A stretch of DNA of 54,872 bases from an uncultured virus (IMG/VR IMGVR_UViG_3300045107_000066) (Duplodnaviria; Heunggongvirae; Uroviricota; Caudoviricetes): IMG/VR virus record IMGVR_UViG_3300045107_000066; one strand, given 5' to 3'. Shown here piece by piece: positions 25,101-34,582 of this stretch (positions are counted from its first letter, which is position 1; every line of letters starts with the position of its first letter). A program made the translations under genes and the position numbers. A model generated the notes under the pieces. The model saw only the letters and a program-made list of their open reading frames with translations, made no database searches and had not been told where the DNA came from.

Positions 25101-25309
25101 TTCGCCTCAATGGTCTTGTTCTTGCTCTGAACAAGGTCGGTCGTCACCCAGCGGCGGGAATCGTGGTCCCACACGACGGGCAACTCCGGCATGCTCTCCA
25201 TGATGTCGAACAACTCGCCGTTGGTCTTGGCGTGTTCGACGCTCCGCTGGAAGAGGAGCGGGTGTTTGTCTTTGTACCTTTCTCGCAGAGCAAGCTTCGT
25301 TTTGTCCAT
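25097..25309 (-). CDS. Hypothetical protein
   Basis: ATGA coupling to the downstream gene. Confidence 0.6.
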   Translation of the reverse strand: MDKTKLALRERYKDKHPLLFQRSVEHAKTNGELFDIMESMPELPVVWDHDSRRWVTTDLVQSKNKTIEAK

Positions 25310-25331
25310 TATAGCACCTAGATAATAAAGT

Positions 25332-25532
25332 ATGACTACATTCAAAGAGTTTCTTCGTCAGTTTGAGAATCTGTGGGGAGAGATTCCCGGCAACCCGGCG
25401 TTCGGCGGTAAGAAGCCGTCCGACGGCAATGGAGTCGATCCCTACAACGTCAACCGACCGGGGGCCGCAGGCGGGGCCAGTTCCCCGCCGCCGGGCGCTC
25501 GCATGATGAAAAAGAAAATGAAGAAGGGATAA
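25332..25532 (+). CDS. Small protein with capsid-targeting-like N-terminus (MTTFKEFL)
   Basis: Resembles the T4 internal-protein signal MKTYQEFIAE; basic MMKKKMKK tail. Confidence 0.65.
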   Translation: MTTFKEFLRQFENLWGEIPGNPAFGGKKPSDGNGVDPYNVNRPGAAGGASSPPPGARMMKKKMKKG

Positions 25533-25559
25533 ATACCATTCTCAAGAGGAGGTTCCATT

Positions 25560-25976
25560 ATGGAAGAAAAGAGTAACAACACCACGCTCGTAGTAGCACT
25601 GGTGGCCGCTCTCATGTTCATGATCGCTCTGCCGGTCGTGTTCTTCCTTGTCAAAGACAAGGACCGTGGTCATCACCACGATTTCCGCCCGGTGCAACAA
25701 GCCCCGGTGCAACCTCAACAGCCGCAACCGGCTCCCCAGCAGCCAGTTGCACCACCGGCCCAACCGCCGGTCGTCGTCGTGCCGGTCCCGACTCCAGTTG
25801 TCCCTCGGGATGTCTCTCGTGACCTGTACGTTAAGGGGTGGGAAGACGCCCACTACGGTCGCCGTCCTGATCCGCTACTGCGGGACAACCCGCACTACGC
25901 TCGGGGCTACCGGGACTACTACCACGCCCACAAGCCGGGGGTCCACATCGACTTCGGCATTGGGTTCCGCTGGTAA
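25560..25976 (+). CDS. Membrane-anchored Pro/Gln-rich protein
   Basis: GAGGAGG RBS, N-terminal TM helix, QP-rich linker. Confidence 0.75.
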   Translation: MEEKSNNTTLVVALVAALMFMIALPVVFFLVKDKDRGHHHDFRPVQQAPVQPQQPQPAPQQPVAPPAQPPVVVVPVPTPVVPRDVSRDLYVKGWEDAHYGRRPDPLLRDNPHYARGYRDYYHAHKPGVHIDFGIGFRW

Positions 25977-25990
25977 ACAGTGACGTAATG

Positions 25991-26020
25991 AAAAAAGAGG
26001 AGGCTTCGGCCTCCTCTTTT
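25991..26020. terminator. Bidirectional intrinsic terminator
   Basis: AAAAAAGAGGAGGC-TTCG-GCCTCCTCTTTT between convergent genes. Confidence 0.9.
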
Positions 26021-26023
26021 CGT

Positions 26024-26926
26024 TTACTTGGCTTTGATCTGCAAGTAAGAGTCTGGTGTTTTCTGAGCCACCACGTCGTTACTCAAGTCCGTCATAAACC
26101 TGATGTAACTCTTATCGAACTGCTCGTGGCTGGCGAACCCGAACGCCCCGAGTCCCTTCACCGGATCGCCCTCCTTGATGCACGTCAGGTACTTGTCCTG
26201 GCCGAACTCCTTGCGGAGCAGCAGGCACAGGGCGACGGCTTGGTTGTCGAACAACTGGCGGCGTTCCGGCGTCTCCTTCCAATACCCGTCCTCGGTCATG
26301 TTCATCATGCCCTTCGAGCCGTACACTTGGCCGTTGGCTCGCAGCACCGGCTGTAGCTCGGCCACGCTCCGACGAATCGACCCCAAGTCGCCGTTGAGCA
26401 GGCTCATGCCACGGATCGACCACCACGCCAGCTTGATGTTGTTCTGCTGCTCCCACTCGGCCAACACCGCCTGCGTCACCGGGACGGGCACGGTCTTGGC
26501 GGGGCTTTCGTTGAGCAACATGAAGATGACGGTCAGCTTGATCTTGCCGTCCTGGCGACGGACTTCGACCTTCGTCGTGTCCAGGCCGAACAGCTTCTTG
26601 TACAGGGCGGCGTCGTCCACACAGATCAGGCGACACTCGCCGGAGAAGTTGACATCGTTCAAGCCCCAGCGGGTGAGGCTCCACGTCTTGACCTTCTCCA
26701 AGTTCTGATTCAGGAATTGGGCCTGCGTGTCGTTCAACGAGCAGACCACGAAGTTTTTGCTAGTCCAGCGGTTCCACACCTTACCTTGAATGTCGGCGTC
26801 GGGGGCACCACGGTATTCGGCTTTGACTTGATCGGGGAAGGCAACCCGCTCGATGGGCGGCTGAGCCGCAGCCAAGCCGACCATCGAGAGGATGCCGCAA
26901 ACAACGAACAGGAAGCGTTTCATCAT
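26024..26926 (-). CDS. Secreted protein, possibly degenerate peptidase-MA-like fold
   Basis: Signal peptide; S.NFVV and W...GM motifs; lacks HExxH. Confidence 0.6.
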   Translation of the reverse strand: MMKRFLFVVCGILSMVGLAAAQPPIERVAFPDQVKAEYRGAPDADIQGKVWNRWTSKNFVVCSLNDTQAQFLNQNLEKVKTWSLTRWGLNDVNFSGECRLICVDDAALYKKLFGLDTTKVEVRRQDGKIKLTVIFMLLNESPAKTVPVPVTQAVLAEWEQQNNIKLAWWSIRGMSLLNGDLGSIRRSVAELQPVLRANGQVYGSKGMMNMTEDGYWKETPERRQLFDNQAVALCLLLRKEFGQDKYLTCIKEGDPVKGLGAFGFASHEQFDKSYIRFMTDLSNDVVAQKTPDSYLQIKAK

Positions 26927-26940
26927 GTGTCACACACCTT

Positions 26941-27465
26941 TTAAGCGGCCATCAATGCGGACAATTCGCTTGCCTTCCAGTGCTGGCGAATCTGTTCCTT
27001 GTACTTAGTGAACAATTGGCAGACCCGGCTCTCACTGACTCCCATCTTGGACCCGATCTCCTTCAGATCGCAGTTGTCCAAAAAGTAGAGCTTCAACATT
27101 TCTGAACCCGCCCGGCCCACAACCCGCTCGACAACCTCGAAGTTTTGTTCGTGTTGCTTTTCGGGCTTCGCCGGAACAAGTTCGGCCTTGCTCAGTCCGG
27201 TGTCGGCGTCCTCAGTGTCCAGGCTAATCGAGTAGCCGATGGACCGGAGGTAGTCGTCGATGGCTCCCTTGATTCTACGGAAAGAGTAGGTCTTGAAACA
27301 GACATTTCTCTCGCTTTCGAACCTCGTCGCCGCCTCGGTCAGACCGAGGTATGCTGCCGACAACAATTCGTCTACGTCAATGTGCTTGGGTAACGCACGC
27401 TTCCGAGCGTAAGCGATCTTACGGGCATAAGTCATGTGCCCCAGCACGAGTTCTTGCATGGTCAT
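26941..27465 (-). CDS. Sigma-70 family sigma factor (compact FliA/WhiG-like)
   Basis: Region 2 (DELLSAAYLGL.EA..RF...FKTY..RRIKGAI.DYLR) and region 4 (LKEIG..MGVSESRVCQ). Confidence 0.92.
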   Translation of the reverse strand: MTMQELVLGHMTYARKIAYARKRALPKHIDVDELLSAAYLGLTEAATRFESERNVCFKTYSFRRIKGAIDDYLRSIGYSISLDTEDADTGLSKAELVPAKPEKQHEQNFEVVERVVGRAGSEMLKLYFLDNCDLKEIGSKMGVSESRVCQLFTKYKEQIRQHWKASELSALMAA

Positions 27466-27582
27466 TGTAAAGTCCTAGTTGGTTGTAGTTAGTCACTGTT
27501 ACGGTCACGGTTAAGTGCTTCGGTTATCAGTTGGTTAATCGAGTGTCCCCGGAGGAACACTCCATTTGTTATTCTATATTTA

Positions 27583-28560
27583 TCAGATTCGACCGATGTA
27601 TTCAAGCAAATCGGTCGCACGTTTGGCTAATTTCTTGAGAGTTGCGTTCCTCGCAACACGTTGTAAGAACCAGACTTTCGTCTCGTGCAGCGGGCCGTCC
27701 AAGATTTGAAACTCCCCATCCTCCCCAGCCAGCCCCATGTAAATCAACGCCTCGTCCAGCGTCTTCGCCGGGTCCAGGTTGGAGGGGAAGTCCTTGTACA
27801 AGGACGAGTCAACGAAGTTCAAGAACCACAAGCCCCAATAGTAAACGTGATCGGGTTCAAGGATGCACTCGGGCAGCCGGAGTTCGACCGTAGAACGGTC
27901 GTTGAACTCCTCGTTCACCGTCCGGGCGAAGTTGATGACGTTCAGCGTCACCCGCTTCTCGTAGTTCTCGTGGATGGACAGGTTCTTCGGCCGCATCCAG
28001 AACCAGAACCGCTCGGCCGTGTCGATGGGGAATATCCCCATCTGCGTCTTCTTCGGCAACTTGTTACGGAGCGGGCGGCACCACTTGTTATTCTTCCGGG
28101 ACGTGGGGACGGACTGGAGGAGGATGTGTTCGAACTTGAGCCACCGGGCCATGAGGATCGACACGTCCTCCACGTCCATGTCCGAGACGGAGGCGTGGTA
28201 GTGGAGGCCGCAGTTGTCGTTCACCTTGCAGCCGATATCTCGGACCGTCCGGGTGCCGTTGGCGACGTGTCGCAAGTCCTTTTCGTCGAACCCGACGAAG
28301 GAGGCGATCTCCCAGCCGTGGTCGATCTTGTAGCCGACGGGACCGCACGAACTGTCGTACTTGACGTGCCAGTAGTCGTTGTTGCGGCTCTCGGCCCAGC
28401 CCTTCGGCCCGTCCTCGACGTGTACCATCCGGGGGAATTCCTGGCTGCACTCGAAGTTTAACAGCCCGACCCCGATGTCCTTTTTGGGAACCTCCGGCCC
28501 GACTTCCAACTCCACGCCGAACCCCCGGTTGAACCCGGAGTGTCGATACTCGATCTGCAT
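27583..28560 (-). CDS. Putative amidoligase (COOH-NH2 ligase family)
   Basis: FGVELE, W....DSS, EIAS, CGLHYH and TVELR motifs. Confidence 0.85.
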   Translation of the reverse strand: MQIEYRHSGFNRGFGVELEVGPEVPKKDIGVGLLNFECSQEFPRMVHVEDGPKGWAESRNNDYWHVKYDSSCGPVGYKIDHGWEIASFVGFDEKDLRHVANGTRTVRDIGCKVNDNCGLHYHASVSDMDVEDVSILMARWLKFEHILLQSVPTSRKNNKWCRPLRNKLPKKTQMGIFPIDTAERFWFWMRPKNLSIHENYEKRVTLNVINFARTVNEEFNDRSTVELRLPECILEPDHVYYWGLWFLNFVDSSLYKDFPSNLDPAKTLDEALIYMGLAGEDGEFQILDGPLHETKVWFLQRVARNATLKKLAKRATDLLEYIGRI

Positions 28561-28563
28561 ACG

Positions 28564-28794
28564 TTATTGGTCTTTCACAATTACAAGCCCCTGTGAGGGT
28601 TCGGGTAAACCGACCTGGGCGTAATTGGGGACTTGCGGAAGATCGACCAGTCCTGCTTCACGAGATGGGTTCGGCTTAGCCCTGAGCTTACTGGCCCGGT
28701 CCACCAACCTCACGAGGATGTTGGCGACCGCTGCCAGTAGAACAAGATTACCCACTTGAAAGAGTAAGATCAAGACGAGAAGGAAGGTTTCCAT
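28564..28794 (-). CDS. Small membrane protein
   Basis: Hydrophobic N-terminus; TGATG coupling. Confidence 0.65.
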   Translation of the reverse strand: METFLLVLILLFQVGNLVLLAAVANILVRLVDRASKLRAKPNPSREAGLVDLPQVPNYAQVGLPEPSQGLVIVKDQ

Positions 28795-31700
28795 CAGGCT
28801 CCAATGTTGACAACGAATCTCGGGATCGGGTCGGGCACGCCCGTCTGGCTGATCTGAATCTGGATGTCCGGGTTCAGGGTCCAGTAGTCGTTCTTAAACA
28901 ACCCGATGTTATCATAGAGTAGTTGCTGATAAACTACCGATGTCGGCGTCACGGAAACCAAGTTCTGCGACGTGTCAATCGTGATCGACGCATTGAAGTC
29001 ACCGTTCAAACAAATCCGGTCCGGGATGAACGCCACCAGCAGCCGGGTGTCGTAATCCTCCAGGGTGGACAAGTTCTTCTGCAAGTAGTGAACGCCGAAC
29101 CGCCACACGTTCTGCCCGATCTCGTCGCCGTCCACGTTGCTCGTACACTGAAGGTCGAACACGATGTCCCACGACTCCAGGCTGTTGCTCTGTGCCGACC
29201 GCCCTTTGAAGTGCAGGTTGGCCTGCCACGAGTCATTCGGCTCGTTGTAACTCAAGTTGATGACACGGGCCACCGACAGGCCGTTCCGGTTGAGGAACTG
29301 CGTCAGCTTATTGCTCGTGAACATGTTGTGCGAGAACGGCACCAACAGCGGCATGCCGTTGCAGTTACATCTCGTGATCGTCGTCGTCAACTGCTCCAAC
29401 GTGTCCGTGCTGTCGTCCTCCGGGAAAGTCAACAACACGTCTTCCACAAAGGCCGTCGCCCCGATGTCAACCATCAGGGTGCCGAAGTCCGAGTAGTTGA
29501 TGTCCGCCCCACCGCCGATGAAGATGGCGTTTCCGTCGCTCACCCACTTGAACGCACTCGACCGAATTCTCGGATTGCCGTCCAGCGTCAGCCCGCCCGT
29601 CGCAACATAGTTGAACGGCAGCCGTGGGTTGACCGTGCCGTCCAGGGCCACGCCGCCGGTCGGCCGGTACTTGAATCTGTTTCTCAATCCGGCCGAGCCG
29701 CCGAGCGTGAAGCCGCCGTTCATCGTCCAACTGTAGCTGGACGACCGCACCCGTGCCTCGCCGCCGATCTCTACTTCGCCATCGGCGACGGTTCTCCAGT
29801 CAGTAGACTTGATGTCCGCTACGCCGCCCACTTCCACTTCACTGTCCGTCGGGTCGTAATGCAGATTGAGGGCATACTGACCACCCATACGGATTGCTGC
29901 GAACTCCGGCCCGAGGCTGCCCCGGCCGGTGTTGAGAACCCGGCGGTGGACCCGCAGCCCGGCACTGCCCTGGCTGACTGTTACACTACCAGTGCCGGTG
30001 TACCCGTAGTTGGACGACTTCACCAACGCCTCGCCGCCGGTCCGTAGCGACTGCGTGTCCGAATTCTCCTCGGTGTAGACGTAGAGGTTGATATTGTCGA
30101 TGAAAGCCGTGATGCCCGACCCGATCAAGTCCGGCGACACACGGATCGCCACGCCGAAGTCCGGGTCGGCCACGTCGTTGATATCCCACTCGCCCAGGTA
30201 GTCCGGGTCGTCGGGGTCACGCCACTGCTCGAAGGTGCCGCCGTAGGTCTTCACTGAGGCAACGCCGAGCGGCCACGTCGTTGACGTGTCGGCCATGTTG
30301 TCCGAGATGATCTCGTCGTCCAACACCAAGTAAACCTCGGAGTCCCGGACCGTCGAGTTGGAGTATCGGTTGATCTCCACCTTGAAGCCCAGCACCCGCA
30401 CGTTGTCCCCCAGGCCCAGGTTGAAACCCTTGACCACCAGGAACATACTCTTCCGCCCGAAGCTCAGGTCAACGCTGGCCGTCAGGCCGTTGTTCACCAA
30501 CGCCCGGTTCGGCTGGAACCACGCTTGGTCGGACGGCAGGTCTTCGAACTGGTCGGTGGTCGTGCCGCTGAACTTGGCGTTCACATACGGCCACACGCCG
30601 CCGACGTAGCTCCAGTTGCTCGCCCGGATGCCCGGCGTGCCGCCCGTCTCCACCCCGCCTTCCGCAACGTGGCGGTAGGCGCTGGAGATGACCGTGGCCT
30701 CGCCGCCGATCTCGATCTCACCTTCGCCCTCGGCCGTGAAGTCGATACCGTTTCGCAAGAAGCTGGCGTCGGCCGACCCGCCCATGAACACGGAACCCGT
30801 GCCCGTCCAGTCCTTGAACGAGTTGACCTGGACGGTGGTGCCCACGCCCCAGCGGTCGATCAAGTCGTACTGAACGCAGAAGTCGGCACACACCGGGTTC
30901 TTACAGATTTCGACCGGCTCCAACTTGTTACAGTCGTGGTTGATGCCGTTCGCCTCGTCCTGGGCCACGGCGTCGTTCTCGGCCGGGCGGCTGAACCGCT
31001 CGACGGACGCAATCGGCCACTTCCACTTCCGCTCCTTCAGCTTGCGGCACAAGTCCTCAATGGACCGGGCCTGCACGTTCATGATGAACTTCAGGCAGCA
31101 CGGGTCGTTAGTCTGGATCGGGTCGCACTGCTCGTCCTTCGCCCGGCCGACCACACGATACCAATACTGACGCACCTTGCCGACGTTCCACAAGAACGTG
31201 TAGTCCTTGAAGACGTAAGAGGCGATATTCCAGGCGAACTTGAAGTCCAGGTTGAACGTCAACTTCACCGTGGTCGGGTTCAGGTGGTTCAAGTACCCGA
31301 CGCTCACCCCGGCGAAGTCCGGCGGGGCGTCGGCACTGTTGCCGGACGGCAGATAGCGACGACCCACCTTGATCCGTGTCTCGCTGTCCAGCGTCACGCC
31401 GCCGGACGCCGAGTTGCTGTAGGTCACGGCTAGGTCCGGCGTGCCGCCCATCGTCAACGGGGCAATCGGCACGTCCGGCAAGTTCGGGTAGTGGTAGACG
31501 GGCGATTCTTTAAGAGCCTGCCCGGCACCCTGAATGCCGCCGCTCGGGATGAAGTTCGCTTGGTATGTGTCAACCGCACTGCCGCCACCGGAAACCCCGG
31601 CCGACGAGAGAGTGATCGGAATCACCTTCCGAACCGAGGCCGTGCTGCCGCCTCGGATGCCCGCCGAGGTAACACTGACGTTGGCTTGGTAGGCTGCCAC

Positions 31701-32552
31701 ACCGGCACCGGCCACCTGGGCACCGCCGTTGAGTTCTACTTCAATCGGCGGGACGAAACCGCCACTGAGTACGAAGAAGCTGTTGGTTCCACCGAACGTC
31801 GTAAAGACGTAGTTACCCGTGGTCGGGTCGATGGACGCCCCTTCGGCGTTCGTCAACCCCGTCACCATCGGCCGGGCCGAGGAGATAGTCGGGAAGCCGT
31901 TGGTGTCCAACTCGTAGGCGACCACCCGCCCGCCGGTGTATTCCGTAACAAGGATGGACGGGTTGGTGAACTGAGTCGAACCAATCGGGACGTAGACGTA
32001 GCCTTCCGGTCCGCCCGGCAGGCTCGGCCCGGTCGAGGCCAGGGAGAGGTTGTACGTCCCGCTCCCGTCGGCCGTCATGTTCAGGAAGTAGCAGTTACCG
32101 CTCGGCCAGGACACGACCATGAGCTTCCCGGCACCGGGATACCCAGGCGGGATGAAGCCGAGCGAGCCGACCGACGACGCAACACCCAGGGCGGTCAGGC
32201 TCACCGTCTTGTCCGGGCTGGTCGAACCCGGCTTGAATTGGTGAATCTGGTTGGCACTGTAGGCGGTGCAGAACAGGACGCCGGACGGGTGGTAGGCCAC
32301 GCCGCCGTCGATCTGCGGCACGTTGATGGCTAAGGTCGCCGACCCGACGCCGGTTATTAAATCGGACAGGTTCCGTGTGACCGGGACTTCGTACAACGCA
32401 CCGGAAAGCTGGTTGCCGTTGCCGCCAACCAGGATCGTGTCGGGATCACCATTTTTGAAAACCAACCCGGCGTAGGGCGTGGGGAGGCCGGTTGCCGCAC
32501 CGATCTGGGCAATGGTGTAGTCTGAGTTAAACGGGCTTACGACGGTCGCCAT
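28794..32552 (-). CDS. Large putative virion protein (propeller-like N-terminus, GGxxxGG repeats, Cys-rich segment)
   Basis: 1252 aa; repeats like those in 2898-4352 (ASVRKVIPITLSSAG vs ATIRKVVPISITSAG); TAAATA 4 nt upstream of ATG. Confidence 0.7.
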   Translation of the reverse strand: MATVVSPFNSDYTIAQIGAATGLPTPYAGLVFKNGDPDTILVGGNGNQLSGALYEVPVTRNLSDLITGVGSATLAINVPQIDGGVAYHPSGVLFCTAYSANQIHQFKPGSTSPDKTVSLTALGVASSVGSLGFIPPGYPGAGKLMVVSWPSGNCYFLNMTADGSGTYNLSLASTGPSLPGGPEGYVYVPIGSTQFTNPSILVTEYTGGRVVAYELDTNGFPTISSARPMVTGLTNAEGASIDPTTGNYVFTTFGGTNSFFVLSGGFVPPIEVELNGGAQVAGAGVAAYQANVSVTSAGIRGGSTASVRKVIPITLSSAGVSGGGSAVDTYQANFIPSGGIQGAGQALKESPVYHYPNLPDVPIAPLTMGGTPDLAVTYSNSASGGVTLDSETRIKVGRRYLPSGNSADAPPDFAGVSVGYLNHLNPTTVKLTFNLDFKFAWNIASYVFKDYTFLWNVGKVRQYWYRVVGRAKDEQCDPIQTNDPCCLKFIMNVQARSIEDLCRKLKERKWKWPIASVERFSRPAENDAVAQDEANGINHDCNKLEPVEICKNPVCADFCVQYDLIDRWGVGTTVQVNSFKDWTGTGSVFMGGSADASFLRNGIDFTAEGEGEIEIGGEATVISSAYRHVAEGGVETGGTPGIRASNWSYVGGVWPYVNAKFSGTTTDQFEDLPSDQAWFQPNRALVNNGLTASVDLSFGRKSMFLVVKGFNLGLGDNVRVLGFKVEINRYSNSTVRDSEVYLVLDDEIISDNMADTSTTWPLGVASVKTYGGTFEQWRDPDDPDYLGEWDINDVADPDFGVAIRVSPDLIGSGITAFIDNINLYVYTEENSDTQSLRTGGEALVKSSNYGYTGTGSVTVSQGSAGLRVHRRVLNTGRGSLGPEFAAIRMGGQYALNLHYDPTDSEVEVGGVADIKSTDWRTVADGEVEIGGEARVRSSSYSWTMNGGFTLGGSAGLRNRFKYRPTGGVALDGTVNPRLPFNYVATGGLTLDGNPRIRSSAFKWVSDGNAIFIGGGADINYSDFGTLMVDIGATAFVEDVLLTFPEDDSTDTLEQLTTTITRCNCNGMPLLVPFSHNMFTSNKLTQFLNRNGLSVARVINLSYNEPNDSWQANLHFKGRSAQSNSLESWDIVFDLQCTSNVDGDEIGQNVWRFGVHYLQKNLSTLEDYDTRLLVAFIPDRICLNGDFNASITIDTSQNLVSVTPTSVVYQQLLYDNIGLFKNDYWTLNPDIQIQISQTGVPDPIPRFVVNIGA

Positions 32553-32576
32553 ACTGTATTTAGAACTTTGTCAACT

Positions 32577-33344
32577 TTAATGCCGCATATCGTGGGAGTA
32601 GAGTTCGTATTTTCCGTCCTGGTATTCCATGATGGCGGTGCAGGACTCCACCCAATCGCCGCAGTTGTAGTAGTTCACTCCCTTCAGGGGCTTCAATGCC
32701 GGTGTGTGGATGTGCCCACAGATCACGCCCTGACAGTCCCGCTCGTTGGCGTAGTCCGCTAATAACGTCTCGAACCCGCTCACGAAGCTGGTCGCCCCCT
32801 TCACGGACTTCTTGACGGCTTTACTGAGTGACCAGTAGGGCAGGCCGAACTGTCGCCTGAACCAGTTGACGAAGGTGTTTGCCCGGATGAGCAGGTCGTA
32901 ACCGATGTCGCCGAGACGGAGTAGCCATCGGGTGTAGTTCATCATGAACTGGATGGCGGTGTCGAAGCGGTCCCCGTGGATGACGAGATTCTTCTTTCCG
33001 TCCGGGGTGGTGTGAACGAATTCGTCGGCAATGTATATATTGCCCAGGTCGATGTGAAAATCGTGGATGAAACTGCGAAGGAATTCGTCGTGGTTCCCGG
33101 CGACGTAGTACACCTTCGTCCCGTGCTTCACGAAGCTCAGAATCTTGCGGACGACCAGGGTGCAGTTGTTGTCCCAATACCAGTTCCTCTTCAACTTCCA
33201 CCCGTCGATGAAGTCGCCGACGAGGTACAGGTTCTCCGGGTTTTGCTCCCTGATCTCCTTCAAAAACTCAAGCAGGAGGCCCGTTTTAGCGAACCTCCCG
33301 CCCAGATGCACGTCCGAGATAAAGACCGACCGCAGCTTACTCAT
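32577..33344 (-). CDS. LpxH-like metallophosphoesterase (UDP-2,3-diacylglucosamine diphosphatase family)
   Basis: ISDVHLG, VGDFIDGW, GNHD, HGD.FD, CGHIH and NCGDWVES motifs. Confidence 0.9.
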   Translation of the reverse strand: MSKLRSVFISDVHLGGRFAKTGLLLEFLKEIREQNPENLYLVGDFIDGWKLKRNWYWDNNCTLVVRKILSFVKHGTKVYYVAGNHDEFLRSFIHDFHIDLGNIYIADEFVHTTPDGKKNLVIHGDRFDTAIQFMMNYTRWLLRLGDIGYDLLIRANTFVNWFRRQFGLPYWSLSKAVKKSVKGATSFVSGFETLLADYANERDCQGVICGHIHTPALKPLKGVNYYNCGDWVESCTAIMEYQDGKYELYSHDMRH

Positions 33345-34582
33345 TCGAAGTCCTTTAACATGTAGGTGTTCGATTTCTTCGGTATGTAGTAAGTATGATT
33401 CTGGCTCAGGAACCAGTACCACCTTTCCGGGATGGCCGGGTTGACGCTGCTCCCCCAGCCGTCGGTAATCACGAACACCGCCTTCGGGTACGGCTCCTCG
33501 TTCTTCTTCATGTACTGCTGGATGTAGTTCTCAATCGGCTGGAACGCCGTCCCGCCGAACCCGTACAATTTCTTGCTCTCCAGCGTCGTCTCGTACACCG
33601 CCGTGTCGAAGCAGTGCATCTTCACGTCGAACCGGGCCGGGTTCAAGCTCATCGCCGCCTTGAAGAACCGATCCCGGAAGTGCGCACAACTCCCCGACGT
33701 GTCCTGAAAGAACCACACCTGGATGCGGCCCTCCGTCTCGAACTCAACCTCCATCTCCGTCGGCAGCATCAGCCCCTCGGCCATGTTCACGAACCGCCGG
33801 TTAAGCCGTGCCCACTGTTCCACGTCCCTAAGATCGGGCCGGTCGTACTTCCTGGCCCACTTCTTAATGACCGTCTCCCACTTCTGCTTCTTCTTAACCT
33901 CGCCGACCTGGGCGAAGGTGAACACCCCGCCCTGGCCCGTCCCCGCCTTCTGCGGACCGTCCTTGTCCTTCTGCTCGAAGTGTTTCTCGATCATGTCCTT
34001 GATCGAGTTCTTCTCGTCGTCGGACAGCTTGCCGTTGAGCTTGTCGATCACTTCGTCCCAATCGCTGTTCGCCAACCCGTCGTGCCCCTCGGCCCCTTCG
34101 ACCAGTACGGCCACGATGTACTCCGGCTCCGGCAACTTGGTGTAATAGAACTCGAACGCCTGATCGGTCGGCATGTCCTTCTCTTCGGGGAAGACGGTAT
34201 CCACCCAGCAGTACGTCTCCTGGTTCTGAATCTTCTTCCGGTCGAACTCGAAGCTCCGGGTCAGGGTGTGGTTGACCACCACGTCCAGGGCGTAGTTGCA
34301 CCCCTTGCGGTCCTTCGTGTCCCGGCACCGCAGCCCGTGCTTCAGGATGACGTGCAGGGACTCGTGGCAGATGACGAACAGTCGGGTGTAGTCGTCGCTC
34401 TCCTCCCAGAACTTCGGGTTGAAGAGGAACTGGACGTACTGGCCTTCCTTGTTGAAGCTCACCGCCGCCGTCTCGATGGAATCAGTGAACACCGGACGGC
34501 CCATCTCCCACAGGGCGTAGAAGATGGCGTGGTGCTGCTCCAGGGCACGGCTGATGGAGAGGAACTGTTCGTTGGTAATCAC
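33341..34582 (-). CDS. HExxH metallopeptidase-like plus vWA domain protein (DUF2201 type)
   Basis: CHESLH; DTSGS...GGT...TDG MIDAS motif. Confidence 0.85.
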   Translation of the reverse strand: MITNEQFLSISRALEQHHAIFYALWEMGRPVFTDSIETAAVSFNKEGQYVQFLFNPKFWEESDDYTRLFVICHESLHVILKHGLRCRDTKDRKGCNYALDVVVNHTLTRSFEFDRKKIQNQETYCWVDTVFPEEKDMPTDQAFEFYYTKLPEPEYIVAVLVEGAEGHDGLANSDWDEVIDKLNGKLSDDEKNSIKDMIEKHFEQKDKDGPQKAGTGQGGVFTFAQVGEVKKKQKWETVIKKWARKYDRPDLRDVEQWARLNRRFVNMAEGLMLPTEMEVEFETEGRIQVWFFQDTSGSCAHFRDRFFKAAMSLNPARFDVKMHCFDTAVYETTLESKKLYGFGGTAFQPIENYIQQYMKKNEEPYPKAVFVITDGWGSSVNPAIPERWYWFLSQNHTYYIPKKSNTYMLKDFE

